Shown piece by piece: positions 1 through 13,649 of a stretch of 64,000 nucleotides of DNA. The notes below the pieces were generated by a model. It was not told where the DNA came from and searched no databases. It saw only the letters and a list, made by a program, of their open reading frames with translations. Within the stretch, counting starts at the first letter, position 1; each line of letters starts with the position of its first letter. A program made the position numbers and the translations under genes. The stretch comes from Cenococcum geophilum. Lineage: Eukaryota. The DNA lies in assembly GCA_050273025.1 (NCBI GenBank), contig CP158636.1, positions 1 through 64,000 on the forward strand. The letters run 5' to 3'.

Positions 1-280
1 CCTAACCCTAACCCTAACCCTAACCCTAACCCTAACCCTAACCCTAACCCTAACCCTAACCCTAACCTAACCCTAACCCTAACCCTAACCCTAACCCTAA
101 CCCTAACCAACCCTAACCCTAACCCTAACCCTAACCCTAACCCTAACCCTAACCCTAACCCTAACCCTAACCCTAACCCTAACCCTAACCCTAACCCTAA
201 CCCTAACCCTAACCCTAACCCTAACCCTAACCCTAACCCTAACCCTAACCCTAACCCTAACCCTAACCCTAACCCTAACC
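1..280 (-). repeat. Telomere (CCCTAA)n / (TTAGGG)n, left chromosome end
   Basis: About 46 tandem CCCTAA units from base 1, with two variant units (CCTAA near 66, CCAA near 107); ends abruptly into C/T-rich sequence. Confidence 0.99.
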
Positions 281-440
281 CCTATTACTACCCTTTACCC
301 TCTCCTCCCTTTACTACTTTTATTACTATCCCCATTACCCCCCTATCCTATACCTTTAATTCTTATCCCTATTACTACCCAATTTACTACTTTTTCCCTC
401 TTTCTCCCTTCTTACTCTCCTCGTCCCAGTTACCACTACC

Positions 441-673
441 GTCTTAGTTACCCTATCCCAATTACCCCGTCCTAATTACCCTGTCCTAATTACCCTATCC
501 TAATTACCCCGTCCTAATTACCCCGTCCTAATTACCCCGTCCTAATTACCCTATCCTAATTATCTTGTCCTAGTTACCCTGTCCCGATTACTTTATCCTA
601 GTTACCCTATTTTAGTTACCTTATTCTAGTTACCCCGTCCTAGTTACCCTATCCTAATTACCCCGTCCTAATT
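441..673. repeat. Telomere-adjacent 14-bp minisatellite (TTACCCCGTCCTAA)n, ~16 degenerate copies
   Basis: Directly visible tandem units such as ttaccccgtcctaa, ttaccctatcctaa and ttaccctgtcctag; variants are transitions. Confidence 0.92.
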
Positions 674-999
674 AATATTATTTTACTTACTATTACTATT
701 TAAATTACTACTAAATACTACCATCCTATAAATATATACCTATAATAGCCATTTTTTAAAAGCCTTTTAAAAATATCCCCTATTATCCTATAGCCATTTC
801 CTTATAACTACCAATATATATAATATAATTATTTACCTAACTTATATTATCTTGCTATTTAACTTACTTACTAACTCCCTATTATATACTTCTTCCTCTC
901 CTTTCCCTAACTAATACCTATATATATATATATATATATTCTCTTTTCTTTATAACTTCTCCTTTTCTAACCTACTTTTTATAATTAACAATAATCCTA

Positions 1000-1830
1000 A
1001 TAAACTTATAAAACTTCTACATCTATAGAAAATATAATTATTAAATATTAAAAATATTAAAAAACTTTATCTTAACTAAATATACCTAAGCCTAAATTTA
1101 AAATATATTATAATATAATATATATAACTAATATATATAACATTATAAACGCCCTAGCAAAACCTAATCTAATACTATAACTTACTAATACAATCTAACC
1201 CCACCAAAAATTCTCTTTTTTTCGCCCCTATACTATAAAAACTAACTCTACTTCTACTCTACTTACTTAATACTTAGTAGAATGCCTCCTTATACTTCCC
1301 ATATTAGAAAACCTTAATATTTAACCTATTATAAGTTTTAGAATACTAAAAAAGACGCCGTAAACCTTTATAACCTTATAAAATCAATACCTGCTAATAT
1401 ATGGAAACAATCTCTTATAGTTTAAGAAGAGCCCCTTACTGCTAGCCTTCTACCTTCTAAAATCTATTATCTAGTTTCTATAAAGGAGAAGAACGGAAGA
1501 CCTTTAGTTTTATTAGCTAATAACCTTATAAATATCTTTAAGACTTACACACTTAATAAGGAGAATTATAAGAAATAGTAATATTACGTCGCTATAGAGG
1601 AAGCCTTTAAAGCTTATAGAAGAATAATAAAGACCTAACTTTAAGCACGAAACTTTTTATACTATAATTAGTACTAGAGTTAGAGTTAATTTAATACTAG
1701 AATTAATTATTTCTTAATACTATCGTATTTTTTACCTAAAGTATTAGTATCCGATTACTTTTTACCACCGCTCCTTCCCCTACTAATATCCTATAAGACT
1801 TAGACTATATATAAATACTAAAATTAAAAT
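1000..1830 (+). pseudogene. Possible RIP-degraded coding relic of unknown function
   Basis: Codon-like stretch after RIP reversal (approx. IWKQSLAVQEEPLAASLLPSEIHYLVS..KEKNGRP, ~1400-1505); no recognisable domain; boundaries uncertain. Confidence 0.3.
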
Positions 1831-1867
1831 TATCTATATAGCTATAGAGCCTTAATCCCATTAATTC

Positions 1868-1977
1868 TATTACCTAGCTCTTATTAATATATTACCTAGC
1901 TCTTATTAATATATTACCTAGCTCTTATTAATATATTGCCTAGCTCTTATTAATATATTACCTAGCTCTTATTAATA
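1868..1977. repeat. 22-bp tandem repeat (TATTACCTAGCTCTTATTAATA) x5
   Basis: Five near-perfect consecutive copies. Confidence 0.95.
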
Positions 1978-4680
1978 ATCCTAGGACAAAATCCACTAGG
2001 GGAAGGGGTACTATAATGGGGGATTTTTCGGAAGCCTTTTTAGAAATCCTCTACTTATAACCTTCTCTTCTATAATAACCCCTTTATTATACTATAGAAT
2101 CTACTATCCTATAATTCCATCTTATATAGAGTATACTACCTACCCTATTTCTACCTCTTATCAAAATCTACCACTAGTTGTTTTTAATCTTCGTTAATAC
2201 TTCCTAAATACCCTTATTAATACTAATAGCTTCCTTTAAGTCTTTATTAGCTAGTAATATCTATACTCCTTTACTAATTACTAATAATAGATCTAATTAC
2301 TAACCTCTTATACCCTTATAGTGTTGGTTCTTCTTACTTGTTTATTATAATTTAGCACTTATAAAACTAATTTACTAGAACTTAATATAAACCCTAATAT
2401 ATACTTCTTGTCCTATATATTATAGAACCTTAAATAGAGTTTTATATATCCCCATTAAGACCCTATATTACTTAGTATACTGCTATTATATTATAACCCT
2501 ATACTAATAATGGAATTACCCACTTCTACAGCTCCTTAACTTCGCTAACCTATACTTTATCTTTGGCGAGTTTCTCCAGCATCCGGCTCTTAGCTTTAAA
2601 AAGTACTCCATTAACTATAAATTGACTTATAATACTCTTTATTATCAGTACTAGCTATTTAAGCATCTATATATATTAGTATATATTAGAACTATATAAT
2701 ATAGCTATCTTATACCTAAAAGCATTCATTTTTGTCTTAAAGGCATAAGCAATATAGTTAAGCGCTATTAGTAAGATTAAGGTTAAAGTATTTATAGCTT
2801 TCTACGCTAATAAATATATACCAGTTAGGAACATAATCGACCTAAAACGCTTTAAATGCCGTTATTAAGCATGCCATACATATATTAGCATTTAGCTTTG
2901 CCTTTAAGATTATATCATTACGTCGTTATTTAAGGATATTAAGGAATACTGGGTCGGGCCTTTAAGCAAGTAGGGCCGAGAGCAGTATCTATAGTATCCC
3001 GAAATTGAAATTAATAAAGGATACTTAGAATAGAGTTAAATTTAATATTTAGGTTCTATTCCGTAATAAGCTTTTAAAAGTTTAGGATTTTAATTAAATT
3101 TTTTTTTTTATATACTTTAGATTATATAAGCGATCCATTACATAATTTAAATTTAATTATTATCCTTTAAAACTACCTTACTGCTAATAATACTATATCG
3201 CTATATTTTATATTACACTTCTCTAAACTATATACCCTTTTTTAAAATCCCTAAATAAAAATATATATATTATAGAACTTATCTATAATACCTCTTTTTC
3301 TACTACTTTATACCTATTAATCTATTTTCTACTATTTTCTAAACTATATTATACTAACCTACTATTAGAACTTACCTATTATATATTTTAAATATAACCA
3401 CCATTTTTAGAATACTTTAGTCCAATATATACTATATTTTATTTCCTAGTATTCTACCTATAGATATTTTTAGGAAGCCTTTCTAAAAACTCCCTTTAAT
3501 CTATATTATAAAATATATTAATCCATTATAATATACTACCATTTATTTCCACTTTATAGAGACATCTTTATTATAATATAATATATTTAATTACTCTATA
3601 AACCCAATTACCAATTTTAAATTAATATTAGATATCTCTAATACCCAACTTAAGAAGTCCTCTATATGCAATTTAAAACCATTAACCCTATATCTAAAGA
3701 AGTAAACTTAAAGTTACTCTAACTTAAACCTATCTACTATAGCCTCCAGCTCTACACTAGCCGCTTTATACTATTTAGACTTATACCTAAAAAGTAATAT
3801 CCTAACCCCTTCCGTAAGTGCAACTATTAGCGCCACTTTATTAACTGCTATAGTATTAGGGTAACCATCGCCAAACTCCTTATAGATATCCTAATAAACA
3901 TTAGTTTACTAAGCCAGTATAGCTTAGGATTAATAACCAACTATAGTAGTATTTATATAAGGTTTAGTCTTAGCTTTATTATTAATAAAGGACGTAGTAC
4001 TAGAGTATAACATAATTCGAGAACCGGGTCTATATTTTTCAATAGATATACTATATTAGTTATTATAATATTAGGGTTATAATATATAGTAGACTTACGT
4101 TTATATTAGAGCTAGTACTAGTTCTTCAATCTTATAGCGCTACTTATTATCAGCCTATAGTCTAGGGTATATATTAGCTCCAGCTAAGGGTAGCTTCCCA
4201 TTAATAAGTAATCTGCCTATTACGGCCTTTACGGTATTAGCATGCTTCTTAGGGACCTATTTATTATAAGTTAGAGTAGTAAAGTATATATTAGTATAAA
4301 CTTACTTAATAGTTATCTTATAAATCAGACCTACAGAAAGAAATTACGCTATAGCGTAGCACTAGCCCTTTAGCGCTACGCTTATAAACTCCTATAAACT
4401 CCTAAGCCAATTAGATTACCTTACCCTAGTCCTATAAAGTCCTATAAACTCCTAGACTAATTAAATCGCACTAAGAGGAATTTCTCCCTAAGGGTTTAAG
4501 AGCTTATAGGAGCCCTTTATATATAAACTTAGAATTACTTATTAAGCGACAACTCTTCTATTATAACGCTATATCTTATACCCCAAATTAACTCTAAAAC
4601 AGTTAAAACTAGATTAAATTAAAAGCTATTTACCTCCTCTATCTAATTAAGAAATAATAAACGTTACTAGTAGGGTATAT

Positions 4681-6704
4681 ATACCCCTATCTAATAATTT
4701 ATAAAGCCCTTTATTTAGCCCTCCTCCTAGCCCTCTTTTACCTTCTAATAAACACTATAACGGACACCCTAACGGGTATTTTAATAAACCTAATAGTAAT
4801 ATAGACGACCTTAATAATAAACTTAATAGCAACGCTATTAAGGCCCTTTAGCCTTCCTCTAATAAACCTTTTTCTTTTACCCGTAATTAATATAATATAA
4901 GCTCTAGGGAACGGCAGTTTATGCAGTTTAAGCTATAATAGGTAGCTAATACACTACGCTATATTTAATAGAGTTTTAAAACTTTTATACTTACTTAGGC
5001 TAGGGTAAAAGCAAGTAAAAAGGTTATAATTAAGTACCGCTAATATAGCTATCTATATTAGCGACAGTGTGCACTAAGGTATATTATAGACGATCTATAT
5101 ATAATAAACACCTACTTATATCCTTCTTTAGTGGATTCTTTTGCCGTAAAGCTTAATAATCTTATTTATTAGCCTTATTTTACTTAATTTAATTATACTA
5201 TAGACCTAGAGACGCTAGACTTTAAGCTAGTCTTTAGGACTATCTAGAAGGTTACCCCTATATAATATACTATTTTTATAAGACTTATAAGTAATTAGCA
5301 CGCCTATTAAGCTAGCTATAACACTATACCTAAGTCTAATATATTATCTAGGCAATTATTTACTATTACTAGTATAGTATATTATTCTTAAGCTAAGAAG
5401 CAATCTAGCTTTCTTGCTTTAATATTAAATATTTATTTAATAGGCTTTAGTATAAAGCGGCGAGTAATTAAGACTCTATTAGGGCTTAGAATATATTATA
5501 GTTATTATTAAGCTAATTAGTTAATAGGTAAGATTACTATAGAGGTAAAGATATAGTATTTAGCTTTTATAAACTCCTAGGCTAATTAGCTAACTTCTTT
5601 AAAGATAGCTTTAGCTTTAAGCGTCTAATAAATAGGCAATAATTATCTATAATAACGTTAATTTTAAAAATAAAAAATATAATAAGGTTATAGGCTATAT
5701 AGCTACTATATAGGCAATAATAACGGCAGCTATTATTCTTTACCCTAAGCTACCACCTTTAGGTCTATATTAATCTATATATAATCTAATACTACTACTT
5801 AGGCTTAAAGATATACTAAATACCCCTAGTATATCTAGTAAAAATAATAGGGTTAGGGTAAATATTATATAAAGCCTTATATTAAATATATTTAAGAGAA
5901 TTTATATAGCTAGTATTAATACTATATTTAGAGATAGTAATTACTATTCTAAAATACTAAGTATATATTATCTTACTATAAATAAGACTAAGTTTTAGTA
6001 ATTTAGAGCTATATTTAAAGATAAGGGTACTATTAAAGGTATATATAGCGTTTATAAAAGTATATTTTTAAACTAGCTTAGTTTATAAGTATTAAAAGAC
6101 CCTATTAAAGCTAAAGCTATCTATAATAACTTTTATAATTAACTTTAGCTTATTTATAAAGATTAACTTACCGTATATTATATTAGGGCTATTAAAAATA
6201 AATAAACCTAAGTATACTGACCGTATAATAAATAAAATTAGCTTTTTAGTATACTTATATAGTTCTATATATAAATAAACCTATTAAATACTATTATCTA
6301 TATATATTAGGCACCTACTCTTTTTAAAAAAAAGGCTTATTATTACCTATAAGCTAATACTATTATATAAAGTCGCGGTTAATATAATTAGGAGAATATT
6401 AAATACTACTTAATAGAACTAATTATTGCGTAGGGCTTTATAGCGTATATAGTTATATTATTTTATATAATAATATAATATAGGGGCTACCTTATTATTT
6501 TTAGTAGAGACTTCTTTAAGTAGATAGACTATATTACTAATATAATTAGTTTTCTTATACTAGATTAGTTTTTAGAACTTATTAAAAACATTTATTTAGC
6601 TACCTTTATATTAGATATATAGAATAGTAATAACCCTAATAAATAGCTATATAATAATATTAAATTCTATATAATATATTATATGCTTTAAAAAATTAAA
6701 CTAT
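4681..6704 (+). pseudogene. Academ-type (DUF6589-like) transposase, 5' part, interrupted by LTR element
   Basis: RIP-reverted motifs HGDQLTAHHIRA (~6155-6190) and WFHIQMNLLNTI (~6260-6296); acidic N-terminus; probable short intron ~5551-5604 with GCTAAC branch site. Confidence 0.8.
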
Positions 6705-6853
6705 TATAGTAGGGTAAAATAGGCCACTACTTAGTACTTTAGCATTTTCCTATATATATTAAGCCTTTAGCTTCTCTCCTTCTTTATATTATAACTAACT
6801 AGAAATATATTCTTTCCTTTTTTCTTACTAACTGCTTTTCTACTAATTAATTA

Positions 6854-6885
<32 letters not shown>

Positions 6886-6957
6886 CAACTAACCAACCAA
6901 TAGATAGATAGACGGTACTATAACTTTCCTATCTAAAAGAAGTTATACCCTCCTATA
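6705..6957 (+). repeat. 5' LTR of outer LTR element
   Basis: Colinear with 24164-24412; differences are mainly transitions; contains an (AACT)n tract. Confidence 0.93.
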
Positions 6958-7899
6958 TATTTATAGCATTCCATATAGGGATAATAGTAAGCTCTTTAGA
7001 TTAGAAGTCTGGCATTTTATATACAACTATATATATATAGAAATATACTATAACTATAGAAAAACTACTAGCTATAAAAGAATAACTAGCTATAAAAGAA
7101 CTGCTAGCTAAATAAATAAGACAAAAGTAGAAAACTAGGTAGTATTAGATAGTAAGAGGAACTAAGTAGTCCCTAAATAGAAAAATAGTAGAAAAGATAA
7201 ATATTAGACTTAATATATAAGCTAAATAGTAGTAAAAAGGAGTAATAAAGGTCTTAGAAAGTTATATATAAGAATATTAAGTAAACTAATAAGCCAATTA
7301 GATAACGTTAACTGGTAGTTAAAGTTACTTAATATCTTACTACCTATATGCGTATAAGTATAGCTAAAGCTTTATTAAAGATATAAAGATAATAAATAGC
7401 TAAGAGTTAGTTAATTAGATAAAAACAAGATCTAAGATATCTAGTAATAGAAGAAGTTAGTACTACCTTTTAAAAACAGAGATAATATTAAGTAAGGTTA
7501 TAAGTATATAAGATTAAATCTACCTTTAAAAGCTTCCTATTCTAGCTTAGCTTTATCTTCTTTTAAGTTATTTAGATTATATTTATAATAGCTCTAAAGG
7601 CGTTTTATAAAGAAGTAGATATAGGTAAAAGTATAAGGCTTAGTAGTACCCTATTATATAAAGCAATAGTAAGCTAAAATAGACGGACGTATTAAGACCT
7701 AGTAGTAGTAAAAGATAGTAATTCTATACTCTCCTATAAAGACTAACCTTTAGGTATTAAAAAGTAGCTAAAAGAAATTAAAGCCTATACTTCTTTTACT
7801 AAGTATAAACCAATACTAGGATAGCTATCTAGGATACCCTTTATTAAGATTACGGCTATATAAGCAGACCTACTATAGCGCTTACCTATAATACCTAGA

Positions 7900-10800
7900 A
7901 CTAATAGCCCTTAGTAAATAAAGAATAAGAGCTATAAGGACTACCTATAAGCTTCTAAGGAAGCTCTAGATATATATAGATAGCGGTTAATAGCTTAAAA
8001 TAAGGTCTATATTATAGTCTAGCCTATATTAGCCCTAGAAACTATTAAAACTCCATATTTTATAGAGTAGGATATATTATAGTTTATTAAGTAGTATAAA
8101 CAGCTATACGTCTAATACTATATAATAAGTAAGGAGAAGTATTAGGGCCTTTTAAAGTACTATAATTATTAGATAGGGATATAGATCTAAAACTTACCTA
8201 AATTTATAGCTAGTAACTAGATAAAGCTTATAAGAAAGCTTAGAGCAGAATACTAAGAAAGTAACTAATTTTAATAAATAGAAACGGTAGAATTCTTAAA
8301 AGCCTATATATAGTAGTATAGGGACAATCCGCTAAATAGTATACGCGAGTACTATAGATAGTTTATATTAATCTTTTAAAAGGCTACTAAAGCTAGTAAT
8401 TTAGATAACAGTTAGTAAAGATACTAGTTTATAAAAAGACTTCCGCTTAAATATTAAAGATATACTATAGCTAAAACAGAAGCTAACCTAAATAGATAAA
8501 TGTCCTTTAACTTCTATTAGCTATAAAAAGCTATAAAGAATAAACTTAGTTTATATAAGGGCGTAGATTATCTATTAAAAATAGACCCTAAGAATTAGGG
8601 CCTTTATTAGCTAGTTAAACAGTTTTATAATTAGTAGACAGTTATAAATAAAGATACTACCCTTTAACTACCTACGATCTTTTAGCTAAATAAGATAGCT
8701 AACGCCTATTAAGCTAACTAGGAAACGGACTTAAAACTTAAGGAGCTTAACTATAAAAAAGAAGGAAGACTTTTAGACTTAGTAAAACTAAGTATATATA
8801 AAGGAGCCCTAACGTAGTAGTAGTTACTACCTACTATAGACTAGGAGATAGACGAAATAGTAAGCTAGTTAAGTTAAAAATTAAGTAAGACGGAGCTTAC
8901 GGCAGCTATATAGTTAATGCTATTTCTTAACCAAATTTAAAAGGACCTAAACAAGTTTATAACGCTATTAAATTAAGCTATAATTTAAGACCTAGTATAA
9001 GAATATAGCCTAGTATTAAAATATAAAGACTAGCGGAATAGTGCCTAAGCTCCCTTTATTTTATAAAACTTTTAACCTTTATAAAATTATTAATATCTAT
9101 AAAACTCCCAATATCTATAAAATTTTACTACCTTTAAATAACTATAGTAGGATATATAGGGTTAGTAAGGTATATAAGAATAAGGCTAATAGACCTATTT
9201 TAAATATAAAGGGAGTTACTATTTTACTAAGTATAAATACTAAGGGCTTAGGGATCTTATTTAGCAAGGACTTATATATTTATTTAATTAAGGAAGACTA
9301 GTAGTTAGGATATATAAGCGGCCTAGACCTATACTTCTATAGCTTAGTAATAAAAGACAACTAAAGGGTATTAAGGACTAGCTTTATATATATTAAGAAA
9401 TAGACCTAAATAAACTAAGGAAAGAATAGATATAGTAGCAGGCCTTTTATAACAGAGTAGCGCTAAAGATTAATAATAAGAAAAGTATAAACTAGGGGGA
9501 CTACTATTAAAATCGCATAATCTTTAGAAATAGTAGGATAGCTACTAAGCCGTAAGAGAATAATATATAACTAGGAAATTATATATAAATTAGGTTATAG
9601 CCTATAAAGAAAATAGCTAAAGCTAAGGAAGACTACTATTAGAATTATCTAACCCTTAAAGATAATTATTAGAGATAGACACTTAACTAATAGGCTCCGT
9701 AGTAGGCTTTATAGTAGGCGTTATAATAGGCTCCGTAATAGGCTCTATTAAGGGGTAGGATATTTAACTAGGGAATAGTTAAGTTCTAAGGTAGGGGAGA
9801 GGACGTAGGTAACGTATAAAAGATTTCTATTTATCTGCTTAATTATAGTATTTCTTAAAACTCCTTTCTTATTTACTTTCCTAATTGCGATATATTAACG
9901 CGTTAATTAAGATAACCTACTATAGAGATATTAGTTTAGCTTACCGCCTATTACTAAGCTAATAGCGATTTTTTATACTAGGCATAGAAAATCCTAATTA
10001 GTCTATTTAGTAGTAAAGCTAATAGAACTCTATACTACCCCTAGAATTTAGTAATATACTAGCTATATAATAAGAACGGCACTAAAAGCCTTAATTAATT
10101 ATATAGATATAGAGCTAGTTATATAATATAGAGCTAGATATAAAGCTATATATAAAGCATTAATTAAACAACTATATAAAAGCTATAATTAGCTGTATAT
10201 AGATATAGACCTATAGCTAGCTAAAGAACTAAATTAAGCTAAAGCCTTAATATTAGTATATCTTGTCCCTAAATTAAATTAGTTAAATATTATTAAATTA
10301 AAGCCTTTAACTGGGCCGACTTTATTCCTTATTTAAACAATAGCTAATTATAGCATAACTATAACTATTACTACTACCCAAATTTAGTACTATACTAGCT
10401 GTATAATAAGAATAGATATTATAGTAAGGAAGGGACCTATATAAAGATAATAGCACAATATTAGTAATAAAGTACCACATATCTAAGCTATCTTTATATA
10501 ATTAAAAATAAGACTAAGCTATATCTAGCTAAGCTAGTAAAGGGCCTTATTAAGGATTATAAGGGGAGTAGGAATTAGACGTATAGAAGCTAGTATTTTT
10601 CCTTAAAGATCGTCTTAATAAAAGGACTATATTATAGATATAAGGGTAAGAAATATATAACGGAGGTAATTATAATAGCTAAGAAGTTACTATTAGATAA
10701 TAAAGAGACTAAAAGTAAAAAATAGCCCCTAAAAGGCTCTTAAGCTAAAAGAAGATTAAGAATATATAAGCGTACTACTAGTAGTAAGGGTAAAGGAGTA

Positions 10801-10950
10801 GCTATAAAGACCTAAGATATACTAAAAAAGCTAAAAGTAAAAACGGTTTAGAAAAGAAAAAAAAGTAGCTATTAAGGACATCTTATAAAAGCGCTAGGCC
10901 TATTATAGTAGTTTAGAGAAAGCTACCGTTAGTACTTATAAAGGAGGAAT
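7900..10950 (+). pseudogene. gag: Gag-like polyprotein relic of outer LTR element
   Basis: RIP-reverted P..F.G.DVT.FIKQYE.LC...LPEYCD...LPEF..GDW.EL..KLR.EY (~8030-8260), typical of fungal Ty3/Gypsy gag N-termini; boundaries approximate. Confidence 0.6.
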
Positions 10951-11274
10951 ATTAGTAAAATATAGTACCCTACTAATAGCCTTAATAGTTAGTAGTTAAT
11001 ATAATTAGCGTATAGTTAAGGGTATTTAGCAACTTAACCGACTAGCCTATATTGTGTTTTTTTAACACATAGCCTACGCGCAGCCTATAAGTAACCTATA
11101 CGCAACCTACGCGTAACCTACCAGCAATCTATATATTTAGCAACTATAATTATATTTACTTCTTTTATACTAATAGCATATTTTAATTAAATAAAAGCTA
11201 CTTTAAAGCTATTTATAAGACTAGCAAAATAAATATTATTTTAGATAATTTAATATAATATAGCGATGGTTCTC

Positions 11275-11625
11275 TTTTACCTATTTACCTATTAACTTAC
11301 CAACTTACCTATATCGCCTACCTATCTACATTACCTACCTATCTACATTATCTACCTATTTATATTGCCTACCTATCTATATTACCTACCTATTTATATT
11401 ACCTACCTATCTATATTACCTACCTATTTATATTACCTACTTATCTACATTACCTACCTATCTATATTACCTACTTATTTATATTACCTACCTATTTATA
11501 TTACCTACTTATTTATATTACCTACCTATCTATATTACCTACCTATTTATATTTACCTACCTATTTATATTTACCTACCTATTTATATCTACCTACCTAT
11601 TAGCATCTATCTACCTATCTATATC
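11275..11625. repeat. ~17-bp minisatellite (TACCTACCTATCTACAT)n; continues at 20545-20595 beyond the nested Gypsy
   Basis: Visible tandem units; produces the spurious low-complexity ORF 11365-11688. Confidence 0.9.
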
Positions 11626-12099
11626 TATAAGGGATATTATTACAGACACCTTAGGTTGCCCTTAGGACAACCCCTAAACGCCCTTTAGATAGTTACTAAT
11701 TATATACTAAAGGTATATACCCGTAGTATATAGTCTCTATAATCCTAAAGGCCTTACCTTCTTAAGAATTTATCTTTTTTACTAATTTATCTTATTCTAA
11801 TTATATCCTTATAGCCCCCTATCTATAAGATCCCCTTATATTTAAATCCTTCCTACTCTTTTTTAGAAGGGTAGTCGGCTTTAAGGACTAGATTATTTGT
11901 TTATATTATTTGTTTATAACTACTATTCTTTCTTAAAATCTTATAATAACCTAAATAAAAACTCCACGGATACCTTATAGAAAGCCATTATATAAAGGTA
12001 AGAAGGTCCCTCTAATAGCAAGAGATTATAATAATATAACCCTTTAGGCAAAACAGCTAAATAAGCCCTAATACCTAGATACTCTAGGAGCTTAAAAAC

Positions 12100-13640
12100 T
12101 CTTATATACCTATAGTTACCGGCAATGCTAAGGAAAATATAGACACCCTTTATAATGGTCACAATACTACTAAAAAGCAGCTGGAACCCCTTTAGCCCTA
12201 CCTAGGCCAATTAAAAGATTAAGCGCTAAAGGTAACTTTAAAATCTTCCCCTAAGCTAGAAATGCTAGAGGAATATACTAATATATTTAACTAGGGAACT
12301 AACTAAAACCCTCCTAAAAGACTACTAGCCTTTAATTAATATAGTAGTAGTATATAGACTGCTTATAAGCTAAGCAGGCTTACCCCTTTAGGTAATCTAA
12401 GCTAATTACTAACTTAAGACCTAAGCCCCATTAAGAAGCCTATACTAGCTACTAGTACTAATATTACCTCTATAGCAGGAGCCTCCCTAGGCCTAAGTTT
12501 AGAAGGTTAAGAGCCCTATACTAATCTCCTTTAAGATAGATATTAGGAAGCTATTATAAGGCTCTTAGAAGCTATATAGGAGGAAGCTATTAATAAATAT
12601 ATTAGAACCCTTTAAGGGCAAATTTAGATCTAGTAGGGTCTAATCTAAGCTAGATAAATTCTTTTATAACCTAGTTAAGGTTAAGGGCTTCTTAAAGGCT
12701 ACCTAGTATCTACCTAAGGAGGTATAGAAGACTTAAAAAGGTACCTATATAATAAACAAAAAAAGGATATAAACTAACTGGCTAAGGCCTCTAATAGTCT
12801 AAAACTTCGTTATAGACCTAATACCTAATAGCTAGACGATTGGGTTTATAAGGTAGATAACTTCTTTAAAATATTAATAATATAAGATAATACTAAAGAG
12901 TATATACGCTAGATTATTAGTAAGATTAAAAACTAATTACTAAACTAGATTGCGCTTAATTAACTTAATAAAGAGTAAATTATAATATAGCTATAGCTAT
13001 AGACCTTCCTAAAGGGTTAGACCTAAGATCCGTATATTATATAATATAATAATATAGAATAATTCTAGAATAGTATATAGCTAGACTATTAAGACTTCTA
13101 CTAGTTTATAAACTTTATAAAAACTTATACTTAATAAATAAATTTAAAGCCCTTTAAAAACAAAGACGGTAGCGTCTATAAGAAGGAGAAGATTAGATTT
13201 ATTTAAGCTAGAATTAAGCTAGTAATTTATAATAAAATAAAGCGTGTAGGAGCCCTACCGTAGATTACTGTATATACGGATTTTAAATAAGTAGTTCTAA
13301 ACGCCAAGGATATAGTAAGGAACTAGACCTCTTCTAGTAAGAAGCTAAGGGGTTACTAAAAGCATAGGCACTTTAGTAGTAATATAGGGCAGACCTAACC
13401 TTTAAAGAAGCCGTTTTTAAAGAGAACTTTAAAAGGATTAAAGTTAGGAACCTTAAATAACGGGAAAGACTTTTAGGGCCAACCTAATACCTATCCGGCA
13501 CCTTTATAGGAACACTCTAAGAAGTTAAGAGAAAACTCTAAAGGTAGATCCTATTAGAAAAATAAGTAGGGTAATAACCGCACTAATAATCTAAAAAAAG
13601 AAAAGCCCTAGTCGCGGACCTTTCTTAGCTATAACTAGAG
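12100..13640 (+). pseudogene. gag: Gypsy gag relic
   Basis: Lies between the 5' LTR and protease; RIP-reverted coding-like sequence (e.g. LDDWVYKVDNFFE ~12832-12870). Confidence 0.6.
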
Positions 13641-13649
13641 CAAAATATA

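Noticed and set aside
1998..2320. PPT-like GGGGAAGGGG followed by TATAATGGGG as a possible 3' LTR
   Set aside because: No partner LTR, TSD or pol motif found; similarity to ~741 is limited to the palindrome.
9041..9301. 86-aa ORF
   Set aside because: I/Y/K/N-rich RIP artefact inside the gag relic; not an independent gene.
10230..10345. Hammerhead ribozyme (retrozyme) in the non-autonomous LTR element
   Set aside because: Could not find the CUGAUGA/GAAA core with stems, even allowing for RIP.
11365..11688. 107-aa ORF (YLPIYITY repeats)
   Set aside because: Translation of a 17-bp minisatellite running into an LTR.
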